Assembly: GCA_964016885.1 (NCBI GenBank)
Contig: OZ024741.1
Coordinates: 392,460,001-392,524,000, forward strand
Direction of reading: 5' to 3'
Source of the DNA: Eledone cirrhosa
Lineage: Eukaryota
DNA length: 64,000 nt
Positions 53,601 to 62,690 of this stretch are shown here, piece after piece. Each line of letters begins with the position of its first letter. Positions within the stretch are counted from its first letter, which is position 1. The notes under the pieces are model-generated. The model had not been told where the DNA came from, made no database searches, and saw only the letters and a list, made by a program, of their open reading frames with translations. Made by a program: the position numbers and the translations under genes.

Positions 53601-55682
53601 CAAAGACATCTAAATTGCTTAATAAATTTAATTTGCCAAATTCTTATCATTGCATGACACTGCTCAGTACATAATATCTAAAAAATAGAACTGTCTCTTT
53701 TTTCTTATTTCTGAAATCTCTCTGATATACACCATTATATAACAATCCATTGTTACATTTAAAACAACAAATAAATAAAAAAGAGTTACTTTAGTAGTAA
53801 AGGATGTTCTATGAGTTCAAGCACATCAAGACAACCATCTTCTTCTGGTATATAGATAGCCATCATTGAAACTGAAACAAATGAAGTCCAATTATCAACA
53901 TTGTTTTCTTAATTAAATATTTGTTACAAAACTGCAAATATATTTACTGTTTATCATTATATATAATGAAATGTATATACCGTTTATATACTGATTATAT
54001 ATAATGAAATATTAAATAATTTCAAAATATGAAATGAAATACATATTTTGAAAAGGTAAAAATATAAAAAAATCGAACAGGAAAGAAAAGAAAGAAATCT
54101 GGGAGAAGACATGCACATTCAATTACTTATTACAACAGGGAAAACTGATGTTTCCCTCTGAAAGATGTTAAAGCAAGCCAAGACACTGACGGTATTACTG
54201 TGGATAATAGTAGTATCTAGATTAGTTATTAAATAATGATTTCTTTTTAAGATAAATTACCACCAAATAAGAACAAGTAAATACTTTCAAAAGTATTCCT
54301 GTTAATTCTTATTATTTATGTATAAATCAATAAAAATTATTACTTCTAATTCTTATGAAGTCTGTATTTATTAATAAATATTCAGATTTATATAATTTTC
54401 AACTAACGTGATATAAATGAAATATTTCCAAGGTAAAAACATAATTAACTAACCTGGTTCATCACATACCAAACTCCAACCTCGTACTTCTGACATCTTT
54501 ATAGAATGTGATTTGAGAGATGTATTTGGGACTCGAGCCCAATGTGAGGGTTTTATTACTTGTAAATCTAACCGTGGTGGACAGGCAGGCTGAATAGATT
54601 TAGGGCCACGGAACAGGGCAGCAGATAAGGGCAAAGTATTCTGGAATAACAAAATTATGATTTTACATATGTTGCATTTTACTTATAGTTTGCTTTCCCA
54701 TAAAATAGACGATTTCAATATATGTTATTATATTTTTAATATTTTAACCTTTTCATTACCATATTTATATGGTTTTGAAATCCTTTGTAAGATAATTAAG
54801 AACATGAAAGAATTTATTTTTATAACTAACTTTTCATTAGTAAGCTGGTGCTCAGAACTTGACTTAAAGGTTCTTAGATACAATTATGAAGGAAGGTTTT
54901 TAGATAAATATAAACATTTAAAATCAAACAACTTTGTATCTTAGAACCAAAGGTGGTTTCAGACAGTTTGGTATCAAATGAGTTAAAGTAGGTAATGAAT
55001 AAACTCACTCCTTCAACTTCAATACATCTTGCACAAGGTAAATATATTCTCATATTACACATTTTAGAGGTAATAAAAGTATAAAGGAAGAGATGAATAA
55101 TGCGTTAACATTTAGTTAAGCAGCAATTCATAGATACAAAAAGGCTACTTTAACCAATTGATTTTCTTTTTTAAATTAGACTACCTTCACGCAATTCCTC
55201 TACCTTAATATATATTATTGGTGGCTACTAGTAGTAGAAATCTATGTCAATGTCTGAATATTCTGTAAAAATGCATTCTGTAAAAGTTATAAAACTTTAC
55301 AAAAATATAAAAAAAGTCTTTACCTTTGTCCGTCCTAATTCAAACTGGAACATTTCTTTGATTGTTGGTTCAAAAATCACAGCTGGAAAAAGTTTGGTTC
55401 CAGGTTCAACCTAAAATAAAGACAAAAATAACATCAATAATATCAACCACTCTATAAGCCAATGAAAGAGACTCTACACGGTCATTTGACCTTCTAAAAG
55501 TTGCAGAAATTCCATCAGCTGCATAAAAAACATAAGTAGGGAAGGATTCCAGAGTGCTGGCATTCTGGAGTGGAAGAACTGGGTGTAGTGATTACTATGG
55601 AAGGTGAGTAGACACAATATAGTTCATAAGGAGAGGTGAGACAAGACTCATCACCTTTGAGAAGCAGAAGTAACCTCTAATA

Positions 55683-55727
<45 letters not shown>

Positions 55728-58700
55728 ATATCTGTAACATATAGGCTGGTGTATAAGTTTAGAAATTTAGAAACCTTGCATGACAAATCATCAAATATTG
55801 TAAAGCTTGGTATCTATAACCACTTTAAGGTTTTAACCGTATAGAGATTGTGCATGCATACTGAAGATTAAGTTGTCATATCTTTATCGGAAAATATTTT
55901 CAAACTTCTGTTCATGAAGGTAGTGTTCAGGTTGTAAGTGAAATGAACAACAGCTGTTTGCAGAAGTTTAAGGGGATTGAAGTGTGACATATAAAAGTGT
56001 GTCCGATTAGCAAAGTTATTAATGTAAAGGAAAAGTGTATATGCATAAACAAATTCTTAGAATCATCAGATGTGATAAACTGTGGCTCAACATATGTTTT
56101 GGAACAATCTGAATGGAATCATCTGATTCAAGACAAGAGTTTCAGATACAATTGAATTGGAACAACAGTGTTTCCATTGCACTGATGATCACTTAGTGGA
56201 GAACAAGATTGAAGATGTTAAAGGAAGTTGTAATTTAAGACTGTTTCCATTACATTTTTGATACTGGAAGTGAAGCTAATGTAAGGATAATTGCATAATC
56301 AGAGAAATCTTATTTAAAAATGAAGAGTCTTTAGTTATATCTATTCAAAAGACTTGATCAATAACCATTGATTCTGAATAGAAAAGACATATGTGACATA
56401 TTAAGTGAAGACATCTATTTCAAGTCACTAAGGGTGCCTTTATATGATCAGTTGATTTGTTAGTAAATAGCAGCCACATTTTTTTCAAACTGTTCTCTTC
56501 AATTATTAATAAATAAAAGACACAGTGGATTATGTAGTCCTAGATATACCCCTAAAAAGCAGATTGATCATGGCTGCAATGCTTTTGATCACAGCTCTGC
56601 TTTATCAAGTTGACCTAGGGCTAGATATTCTATATGGTTGTAGCTCTAGCAGTAATAAAGACTGATTTACTGTGCTTCTCCCGAAATCAGCTTTATAAAA
56701 AGTGTGTACATAAACTCTGATTCTAGCTGATAGTCTAAGGGCTTAATTACTGCAGATATTAGTTTTCCATTCTAAATTGTATTTCAAAAATTGGCTATCC
56801 AACTATATCTTAAAGAGATTCTTTTAATTGTCATAGTGAATTGTCTAACACACCTCTTTTACAAATACTTTTATGAATTAATATTTACTGACACAGATTC
56901 CCACTAGTTTCATCAGATGACAGATTTTACTGAATCAATTTTTCTTTTTTTTAACTCAATTGACTTAATTCACTTAATGAGGGATGGAACTCGTCACATC
57001 GAACCAAGAAAACAATATTTCCATTGGTCTTTCCATTGCTGATACTATCTACAGGTTGCAACTCTTCTGGGATCTAACTCACAACCTCAAGATTGCAAAT
57101 CCAATTCTCTAACCACAAAGCCACGTGTCTTCACTATAATAATGAGTGACATTAGAAAATGAAATAAATGGCAAAACTCTGTAATATCGATAAACCTTAG
57201 CAAATGAAAGACTGTGAAATAAATAAAATGAAATTCTTAATGAATACCTGGTATTTATTTGCCACCTCCTTTCCATTAACACTAAAACTTAATATTCCTG
57301 TAGCAGTATCAATGTAACAGCCAATAACTAGACCTGGTGAGGATTTTTTACTGGATTCTTCATGGGTTCCACCATAGCGCTGCTGTAATATACCAGCGCA
57401 TACCATGTAACAATTTTTGCGGCTTACACTGGAATAAAGTAATATGAAATATTAATCATTCTGACCACCACCATCAGTACCATTACCATCATCATCATAA
57501 TAAATTTACACTTATTTTTCCATGCTAGCATGGTTTGGATATATTTAGAAAATATATTATTTTTTCCTACTTTTTAATTTGATGATGAATAAAGTAGTTA
57601 CTTATGCATAAAAGGAAATCACTGCCAATAATAAATGGTTAGACATTTGTGAAAATGTAATTTGAAAACAATTTAGATTCATATATGTTGAATGTTTGAT
57701 GAATGATAGATACATTTAAAACCTAATGGCAGATCGTACATAATTGCTTGAATAATAACCAACAGAAATATTTCGCATTGAAATATTTTCCACCGTATGA
57801 TGTAAGATATTGAAATAAAAACATCTTTATTTTGTACAAGATGCTATATAATTATTTTGTATGTTGCATGAAGCATTGTTGAATAGGAACACAAGTTTAA
57901 ATAATTTTGAAAACCAAACAATGCATTAGAAAGAAAATTAAATCGAATGATCCTTTAAGTCTCTCATAAGGATACTCCCTTCATTTGGGATCCTTAAATT
58001 TGCTACGGTAAGATTCTTTTGTTTTCTTAGCGATTTAATTTTCTTTCTAATGCATTGTTTGGTTTTCAAAATCATTTAAATTTGTGCATATATATCATCA
58101 TTCATCATCATTTCATTTTACGTCCACTTGCAAGGGTGGGACGGGAACTGATTCTGGCTTGATTTCTACAGCTGGATGCCCTTCCTAACACCAACCTCAT
58201 TTACAGTGAGTGGTGGGTGCTTTTTTGCCATGGCACCTACACGACCACTTTTCAGTGGAATGATATGGACCCCAGTCCCTATCATCTCATTTCTACAGCT
58301 GAGTAAACTGGAGCAATGTGAAATAAAGTGTCTTGCTCAAGGAAACAACACATCGCCTGGTCTGAGAATTGAACTCGCAACCTTTCGATTGCAAGGGCAA
58401 TGCTCTAACCACTAAGCCAGGTGCCTCCATATATACATATATAATGGACTTCCTTACAGTTCACATCTACCAAATTCATTCATAAGGCAATAATTGACCT
58501 GAGGCTATAGTAGAAGGTCCATACAGTCCAAGGTGCCATACAGTAACATTGAAGCCAAAGACTATATGGTTGTGCAGCAAACTTGTTAACCATGCAATTA
58601 TGCGTGTGCTTAATGCATATATGATATATATAATAGAAACACTAACAATATAATTTAAAATATTTTTACCTTTGCCTATATTTATATTCTATATCTTGGG

Positions 58701-59450
58701 TTGAGATGATGACATTCCTGATCTTCTTCATATCGAAGGACCTGCCTCCCATGTGAAAGCCAGGGGTAACCCAACCAACATATAACTGGTTGGGGTCCTG
58801 TCCAGGGAAGATGCGTACAGAATAGTAATATTCATGCATAGTTTCTGTCAAGGCATTCATTTCAGCAATTTCAGCCTCTGACATTTCATAGTCAGAACCC
58901 ATTGAGACATTGCTGAATCCATGGTGTATATCTTTAACATCCTGAAACTCATATGGAATCATTCCATCAGGACCTTCGATATTAATTGCAGGGCTGCCAC
59001 CTTCCACATCACCAGCTTTGGGAATATTCTGTGAACCTGCTATAGATCTACTTGAGCGCTGGGACTTGCCAAGTTTGCTAGGCTTCAATGAATCAAGTGT
59101 TTTAGATTTCATATCTCGAGGAGTTGGAGAGGGCTCCCTGGATTTTGATCTTCGAAATAGCGTTGCAAATGGTGACTTAGAATTTTTAGCTGCTTTGCTG
59201 GCTTTTGGATCACTGAGCTTTTCAGCCAAAAGAGAAAGTTTTGAAGTAGATTTTTTTCGTTCATTGTCAATTCCTAAATAGCTCTCAGCTAAATGAGATT
59301 CACTAGCTGCAGTCTTCATGCCAGGAAGACCAGAATCATGTAGAGTTGGTTCATCCAAAGAATGATGGGCATTTTTGTTCCTCAAAAAGGATGTTCTTCT
59401 TTGATCAGCATCAGACAGAGATTCGTCACCAGCATAGTCATGATGAAGTG
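281..59450 (-). CDS. RyR: Ryanodine receptor, partial multi-exon gene (29 exons in window; SPRY3 to Repeat3-4 region)
   Basis: Spliced translation gives RyR-specific motifs: [122 protein letters not shown]. All introns are GT-AG and exon phases are consistent. Confidence 0.97.
1425..1514 (-). CDS. RyR: RyR exon ([30 protein letters not shown])
   Basis: RyR repeat motif W-YG...THP-LKPY; tttatag/gtatgt; 90 nt. Confidence 0.93.
1618..1937 (+). mobile_element. 3' fragment of an RTE-clade LINE, (GAA)n-tailed family
   Basis: Closely similar to 47635-47950 and to the reverse copies at 20985-21175 and 38360-38645. Confidence 0.75.
3522..3600 (-). CDS. RyR: RyR exon ([26 protein letters not shown])
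   Basis: RyR repeat AE-HD-WA motif; cacag/gtaagc; phase 2/0. Confidence 0.93.
3715..4614 (-). mobile_element. Older RTE LINE copy, 3' part (continues from 6830-7410)
   Basis: Degenerate RTE C-terminus ([19 protein letters not shown]), paralogous to 5000-5720. Confidence 0.85.
4615..6829 (-). mobile_element. 5'-truncated RTE LINE with RT (YADD), a Cys/His finger insertion and a (GAT)n tail; in-frame stops
   Basis: ORF 5660-6667 carries [37 protein letters not shown] and PCSVC..C..C..WVHKRC; stops at 5660 and 5333. Confidence 0.93.
6830..7410 (-). mobile_element. Older RTE LINE copy, 5' part (RT domain, frameshifted)
   Basis: Second copy of the QGSVL/YADD/PCSVC region. Confidence 0.88.
7529..7686 (-). 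CDS. RyR: RyR exon ([25 protein letters not shown]...PNPVNIK)
   Basis: ttgcag/gtaagt; 158 nt; phase 0/2. Confidence 0.94.
7912..8052 (-). CDS. RyR: RyR exon ([47 protein letters not shown])
   Basis: tttcag/gtaagt; 141 nt. Confidence 0.95.
8475..8565 (-). CDS. RyR: RyR exon ([30 protein letters not shown])
   Basis: tttcag/gtaaga; 91 nt; phase 2/0 matches the exon at 23924. Confidence 0.93.
9284..9529. mobile_element. piggyBac-like MITE
   Basis: ttaa-cctttt...aaaaggg-ttaa termini; similar copy at 54744-54986 and partial copies near 1960-2096 and 52140-52365. Confidence 0.6.
10087..10224. repeat. Tandem duplication of about 70 bp containing (CA)n
   Basis: gagaatgtaccatacatatgcac...cttagtattggcgattgtga occurs twice. 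Confidence 0.85.
11630..12170. repeat. Degenerate tandem repeat of roughly 70-bp units
   Basis: Recurrent cagcattgaaacaat...cttcaaatc.c.tcactc.ac.ttcaaag motif; tgatttcaatctaaaacaatacaa occurs twice. Confidence 0.55.
13588..13800 (+). mobile_element. Old tRNA-derived SINE
   Basis: tggcagaat..gt head, ctttgcttttcatcc core, gctggtcttgtgc tail ending in (att)n. Confidence 0.7.
15900..16450 (-). mobile_element. Decayed LINE APE-endonuclease fragment
   Basis: Translations resemble LTQ..GN..L and SDH (LSDHHYL) motifs; broken frames. Confidence 0.4.
16874..17275 (-). mobile_element. RTE LINE 3' fragment with (GAT)n tail, embedded in a TA/CA microsatellite
   Basis: LERNEAS...WYGHVMRM...[10 protein letters not shown]. 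Confidence 0.85.
17472..18445 (+). mobile_element. RTE LINE 3' fragment with a duplicated 3'UTR segment and (GAT)n tail
   Basis: [24 protein letters not shown]; same family as 4615-6829; the 18072-18210 segment repeats at 18211-18350. Confidence 0.9.
18583..18649 (-). ncRNA. Minimal type-I hammerhead ribozyme
   Basis: Minus strand reads UAUUUUAU-CUGAAGA-[AAGCGUACCAAA GUGU UUUGGUACCCUU]-GAAA-UAUAUAUA^AUAAAAUA: intact core, 8-bp stem I, 11/12-bp stem II, palindromic helix III. Confidence 0.8.
18821..18986 (-). mobile_element. tRNA-derived SINE
   Basis: Reverse complement of 19007-19193. Confidence 0.85.
19007..19193 (+). mobile_element. tRNA-derived SINE
   Basis: A-box-like tggcagtatcgg, B-box gagttcaaatcc, conserved core actttgcctttcatcctttcggggtcgataaaata..gtaccag. 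Confidence 0.85.
19316..19570 (-). mobile_element. RTE 3'-tail fragment
   Basis: Near-identical to 4620-4875; further copies at 35013-35370, 39955-40260 and 26700-26860. Confidence 0.85.
20612..20954 (-). mobile_element. tRNA-head SINE with a CORE-like middle and an RTE-derived tail
   Basis: Minus-strand head ggaggcacatggcttagtggttaga...gagttcaattctc, middle ccttgagcaagatacttta, (gat)n tail; second copy at 58094-58428. Confidence 0.85.
20985..21600 (-). mobile_element. Deleted RTE LINE remnant, (GAA)n family
   Basis: Pieces similar to 46060-46150 and 46980-47820 (LEFAEDMV-like RT core). Confidence 0.7.
22971..23363 (-). mobile_element. Two tandem tRNA-SINE copies
   Basis: Same family as 19007-19193; gtaacaaattaataa flanks and separates the copies. 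Confidence 0.88.
23924..24144 (-). CDS. RyR: RyR exon ([23 protein letters not shown]...DFLVAFT)
   Basis: ttgaag/gtaagt; 221 nt. Confidence 0.93.
25541..25704 (-). CDS. RyR: RyR exon ([28 protein letters not shown]...[14 protein letters not shown])
   Basis: tttcag/gtaagt; 164 nt. Confidence 0.93.
26864..26980. repeat. 13-bp tandem repeat (gatatgtatatat)n
   Basis: Direct reading, about 9 units. Confidence 0.9.
27524..27777 (-). CDS. RyR: RyR exon ([19 protein letters not shown]...DLLGRCAP...GFGQYE)
   Basis: cttcag/gtattt; 254 nt. Confidence 0.93.
28622..28847 (-). CDS. RyR: RyR exon ([29 protein letters not shown]...)
   Basis: ttacag/gtaatc; 226 nt. Confidence 0.94.
29486..29798. repeat. 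Fold-back element with a 44-bp perfect central palindrome
   Basis: Arms 29486-29581/29703-29798; palindrome 29625-29668. Confidence 0.9.
30222..30293 (-). ncRNA. Minimal hammerhead ribozyme in the left pLTR
   Basis: AUUAUAUUUUGU-CUGAUGA-[GGACGUAC UGUU GUACAUCC]-GAAA-UAUGUAUA^AUAAGAUGUAAU; stem I pairs over 12 bp with G-U wobbles. Confidence 0.82.
30813..31409 (-). pseudogene. Penelope-like GIY-YIG endonuclease domain (probably Nematis-type), C-terminal part of a truncated ORF
   Basis: [44 protein letters not shown]; the frame upstream reads WFAP...[19 protein letters not shown]. Confidence 0.88.
32164..32233 (+). ncRNA. Minimal hammerhead ribozyme in the right pLTR
   Basis: CTGATGA at 32179-32185, stem II 32186-32205, GAAA 32206-32209, predicted cleavage after 32217. 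Confidence 0.8.
32255..32441 (-). mobile_element. tRNA-derived SINE abutting the pLTR
   Basis: Same family as 19007-19193; truncated copies also at 30712-30806 (+) and 26355-26470 (-). Confidence 0.85.
32892..33131 (-). CDS. RyR: RyR exon ([29 protein letters not shown]...FCVWVN)
   Basis: caacag/gtatgt; 240 nt. Confidence 0.95.
34337..34469 (-). CDS. RyR: RyR exon ([44 protein letters not shown])
   Basis: ccacag/gtgaga; 133 nt. Confidence 0.95.
34873..34921 (-). ncRNA. Minimal hammerhead ribozyme
   Basis: CUUGU-CUGAUGA-UACUG UGAGUAUG CAGGU-GAAA-CUUUAGAGUA^ACAAG: stem I CUUGU/ACAAG, quasi-palindromic helix III, GUA site; base of stem II imperfect. Confidence 0.7.
34927..34976 (+). ncRNA. 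Minimal hammerhead ribozyme, more degenerate inverted copy
   Basis: CUUGU-CUGAUGA-UCUUG..CAAGU-GAAA-CUUCAGAGAUA^ACAAG. Confidence 0.6.
35405..36070. mobile_element. Unclassified element with direct and inverted internal repeats, in (TA)n (pLTR-like)
   Basis: atatatattgagttaagaactcagag at about 35405 and 35922; 35483-35605 inverted at 35948-36070. Confidence 0.65.
36524..36731 (-). CDS. RyR: RyR exon ([18 protein letters not shown]...SAVQSK)
   Basis: ttttag/gtaggg; 208 nt. Confidence 0.93.
37003..37151 (-). CDS. RyR: RyR exon ([13 protein letters not shown]...[21 protein letters not shown])
   Basis: tttcag/gtatgt; 149 nt. Confidence 0.92.
37994..38118 (-). CDS. RyR: RyR exon ([16 protein letters not shown]...[11 protein letters not shown])
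   Basis: atatag/gtaagt; 125 nt. Confidence 0.93.
38360..39045. mobile_element. Rearranged RTE LINE remnants, (GAA)n family
   Basis: 38360-38645 is the reverse complement of the family 3' end; 38940-39045 reads [15 protein letters not shown] on the plus strand. Confidence 0.6.
39625..39898 (-). CDS. RyR: RyR exon ([13 protein letters not shown]...DEDAKN)
   Basis: ttttag/gtataa; 274 nt; phase 0/1. Confidence 0.9.
41624..41722 (-). CDS. RyR: RyR exon ([33 protein letters not shown])
   Basis: tttcag/gtatat; 99 nt. Confidence 0.94.
43799..43897 (-). CDS. RyR: RyR exon ([33 protein letters not shown])
   Basis: caacag/gtaagt; 99 nt. Confidence 0.94.
44630..44685 (-). CDS. RyR: RyR exon ([18 protein letters not shown])
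   Basis: Matches the RyR GLL-M-L-E-VK motif; ccccag/gtatgt; 56 nt; phase 1/0. Confidence 0.88.
45197..45521 (+). mobile_element. CR1/L2-like LINE 3' end with (att)n tail
   Basis: THGHAYKV...[15 protein letters not shown]...SFK, typical of the CR1 ORF2 C-terminus. Confidence 0.75.
46038..47949. mobile_element. RTE-clade LINE with an inverted 5' part (46038-46950, minus) and a sense 3' part (46963-47949, plus), (GAA)n tail
   Basis: Minus strand: [23 protein letters not shown]. Plus strand: [27 protein letters not shown]. Confidence 0.88.
49000..49115 (-). CDS. RyR: RyR exon ([38 protein letters not shown])
   Basis: AAG acceptor, gtaaat donor; 116 nt; phase 2/1. Confidence 0.88.
50220..50369 (-). 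CDS. RyR: RyR exon ([23 protein letters not shown]...[14 protein letters not shown])
   Basis: RDP-GGS-E-LF motif; tttcag/gtgagt; 150 nt. Confidence 0.93.
50574..50610. repeat. (TC)n microsatellite
   Basis: Direct reading; many other (TA)n, (CA)n and (GA)n tracts occur, e.g. 8708-8767, 13211-13257, 16660-16870, 17277-17468, 30025-30190, 48206-48260, 55685-55725. Confidence 0.95.
51591..51770 (-). CDS. RyR: RyR exon ([21 protein letters not shown]...EKEIED)
   Basis: tcctag/gtttgt; 180 nt; phase 2/2. Confidence 0.88.
51995..52070 (-). CDS. RyR: RyR exon ([24 protein letters not shown])
   Basis: cattag/gtaagt; 76 nt. Confidence 0.92.
53217..53338 (-). CDS. RyR: RyR exon ([24 protein letters not shown]...CIESE)
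   Basis: ttacag/gtatgt; 122 nt. Confidence 0.94.
53790..53871 (-). CDS. RyR: RyR exon ([26 protein letters not shown])
   Basis: IPEE-C-D-LEL-E motif; tttcag/gtaact; 82 nt. Confidence 0.93.
54454..54640 (-). CDS. RyR: RyR exon ([10 protein letters not shown]...CPPRLDLQ...[10 protein letters not shown])
   Basis: ttccag/gttagt; 187 nt. Confidence 0.94.
54744..54986. mobile_element. piggyBac-like MITE
   Basis: TTAA-bounded and similar along its length to 9284-9529. Confidence 0.6.
55324..55410 (-). CDS. RyR: RyR exon ([29 protein letters not shown])
   Basis: SPRY3 C-terminal motif; ttttag/gtaaag; 87 nt. Confidence 0.95.
55530..56330 (-). mobile_element. Decayed CR1/L2-like LINE RT and C-terminal remnant
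   Basis: Fragments resembling LYIN-F, QW....FN..ET and FFHSR..LWN.LP; many frameshifts. Confidence 0.5.
57248..57428 (-). CDS. RyR: RyR exon ([12 protein letters not shown]...[29 protein letters not shown])
   Basis: SPRY3; ttccag/gtattc; 181 nt. Confidence 0.94.
57890..58086. repeat. Inverted repeat with about 56-bp arms
   Basis: 57890-57945 is the near-perfect reverse complement of 58031-58086. Confidence 0.88.
58094..58428 (-). mobile_element. tRNA-head SINE with RTE tail
   Basis: Highly similar to 20612-20954. Confidence 0.85.
58670..59450 (-). CDS. RyR: RyR large exon (S/K/R-rich divergent insert plus start of SPRY3 core [15 protein letters not shown])
   Basis: tcatag/gtaaaa; 781 nt open in one frame; phase 1/2. 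Confidence 0.9.
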
Positions 59451-59601
59451 CTATGAAATTTGAAATGAAAAAAAGAAAAATTCTATTAATAAAAATAGAG
59501 TATGAATATTATAGTAATATTATAGTAATAGGTTTTAACAAATCCTAATGCCACATTTTATATAATACATTATATCATCATATTATAATATATGATTATA
59601 T

Positions 59602-60016
59602 ATATTGTTATGCTTAGGGAGGGTCATGTTACCAATAAGAAACACACGTACCAGTTACTTTCACTCCAATTTATTATAAGTTAAATTTATAAATTTCCAC
59701 AACCAGACGGTTGTTCATATATTGTCAAAGTTCTTTTGTCACACATTCTGTGACCTCTTCAGGGACTGGGGATTCTTTTCTTTGTTTTTGTGCCTCTCCT
59801 TTGTTCTGTCCTACGCCAGATGGCGTAGGACAGAACAAAGGAGAAAGAACTTTGACAATATATGAACAACCGTCCGGTTGTGGAACCAACCAACCAACCA
59901 ACCCGAAATTTATAAATTCTTAAATTTATAAATTTAACTTATAATAAATTGGAGTGAAAGCAACTGGTGCATGTGTTTCTTATTGGCAACATGACCCTCC
60001 CAAAGCATAACAATAT
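59602..60016. repeat. Fold-back element with a 24-bp perfect internal hairpin
   Basis: Arms 59602-59735/59844-60016; hairpin 59795-59844. Confidence 0.9.
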
Positions 60017-60989
60017 CAGTTTCAACACACGTTTTGGGATAAAGAATCTTGCTAAACAAATTCAGAAACGAAATATATATATATAATAGGTCACAGTTAA
60101 CAACTTGCTTTATATGTCAGTTGTATTTTTGTCATTACAATATTCAACTCTGTCATGTAGGTTTGCATTTGCTATGTATTGTATTGAATATAAATGTTTA
60201 ATTTGTAATTTTTATTAGATTTAGAGTTGTACTTGTTTGGCAAGTGCCTTGAACTAAGATCTTGTGTTTGAAGCTGATAGAATTGCATTGTAGAAATTCT
60301 AATAATCATTTAGTATGCATGTATATATCATTATATTCATTTTGGTTTCATTTCATTTTTGTGTTGTGTATTATAAAATGTTAGAAAGTGTCATCATGTA
60401 TCTAGCATCTGGTTACTGACATAAATTTCATGTTGCAGAACCGTGTCAAATATATGCAATCTTTGTGTGAGTGGGTGATTTTATGGTATTCAGTAGTGTA
60501 AGAAATTGAAACAAATGTAAATGTTAAAGTATATGTATATTGTAAAAGACTTATGACAAAAGTGAATATCATGATATATGAAAATAATGGTATATGTGTA
60601 AATATATGATATTATGGTTATGATAACAAAAGTGAATATAAGAAAATATGTGTGAATATAACAGTAGATGTGTGTGATTATAACAGTATGTGTGTGTGGT
60701 TATAATGGTATGTGTGTGGTTGTAACAGTATGTGTGTGTTATAATAACAGTATGTGTGTATGGTTATAACAGTTTATGTGTGTGGTTATAACAGTATGTG
60801 TGTGATTGTAATGGTATGTGTGTGATTGTAATGGTATGTGTGTGTGATAATAACAGAATGTGTGTGTGTGATTATAATGGTATGCATGTGCAATTGTAAT
60901 CGTATGTGTGTGTGATTGTGACAGTATGTGTGTGTGATTATAATACTGTGAGTGATTATAACAGTATGTGTGTGAATATGGTAATATTT

Positions 60990-62690
60990 ATGTGGATATC
61001 ATGGTATACTGGCTATATAGTGATATATATATGTGGATATCATGGTATAATGGCTATATAGTGATATATATATGTGGATATAATGGAATACTGGCTATAT
61101 AGTGATATATATATGTGGATATAATGGAATACTGGCTATATAGTGATATATATATGTGGATATAATGGAATACTGGCTATATAGTGATATATGTGTGGAT
61201 ATCATGGTATAGTGGCTATATAGTGATATATGTGTGGATATCATGGTATACTGGCTATATAGTGATATATGTGTGGATATCATGGTATAGTGGCTATATA
61301 GTGATATATGTGTGGATATCATGGTATAGTGGCTATATAGTGATATATGTGTGGATATCATGGTATACTGGCTATATAGTGATATATATGTGGATATCAT
61401 GGTATACTGGCTATATAGTGATATATATGTGGATATCATGTTATACTGGCTATATAGTGATATATGTGTGGATATCATGGTATACTGGCTATATAGTGAT
61501 ATATGTGTGGATATCATGGTATACTGGCTATATAGTGATATATGTGTGGATATCATGGTATACTGGCTATATAGTGATATATGTGTGGATATCATGGTAT
61601 ACTGGCTATATAGTGATATATGTGTGGATATCATGGTATAGTGGCTATATAGTGATATATGTGCGGATATCATGGTATACTGGCTATATAGTGATATATA
61701 TGTGGATATCATGTTATACTGGTTATATAGTGATATATGTGTGGATATCATGGTATAGTGGCTATATAGTGATATATGTGCGGATATAATGGTATACTGG
61801 CTATATAGTGATATATGTGCGGATATAATGGTATACTGGTTATATAGAGATATATGTGTGGATATCATGGTATACTGGCTATATAGTGATATATGTGCGG
61901 ATATAATGGAATACTGGCTATATAGTGATATATGTGTGGATATCATGGTATAGTGGCTATATAGTGATATATGTGTGGATATCATGGTATACTGGCTATA
62001 TAGTGATATATGTGCGGATATAATGGTATACTGGTTATATAGAGATATATGTGTGGATATCATGGTATACTGGCTATATAGTGATATATGTGTGGATATC
62101 ATGGTATACTGGCTATATAGTGATATATATGTGGATATCATGGTATACTGGTTATATAGAGATATATGTGTGGATATCATGGTATACTGGCTATATAGTG
62201 ATATATATGTGGATATCATGGTATACTGGCTATATAGTGATATATATGCGGATATAATGGTATACTGGCTATATAGTGATATATGTGCGGATATAATGGT
62301 ATACTGGCTATATAGTGATATATGTGTGGATATCATGGTATACTGGCTATATAGTGATATATGTGTGGATATCATGGTATACTGGCTATATAGTGATATA
62401 TGTGTGGATATCATGGTATACTGGCTATATAGTGATATATGTGCGGATATAATGGTATACTGGTTATATAGTGATATATGTGTGGATATCATGGTATACT
62501 GGCTATATAGTGATATATGTGCGGATATCATGGTATACTGGCTATATAGTGATATATGTGCGGATATAATGGTATACTGGCTATATAGTGATATATATAT
62601 ATGTGGATATAATGGTATACTGACAATATAGTAATATATGTATATATAATGGTATACTGGTTATATAGTGATACAAGTGTGGATATAATG
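60990..62690. repeat. 39-bp minisatellite (gtggatatcatggtatactggctatatagtgatatatgt)n, about 42 units, preceded by degenerate 20-23-bp units from about 60640
   Basis: Direct reading; explains the periodic 13-aa ORFs. Confidence 0.95.

Noticed and set aside
61095-62631. 478-aa and overlapping repetitive ORFs
   Set aside because: Artefacts of the 39-bp minisatellite; no splice or homology support
60990-62690. CRISPR-like periodic array
   Set aside because: Units are contiguous with no unique spacers; eukaryotic context and no cas genes
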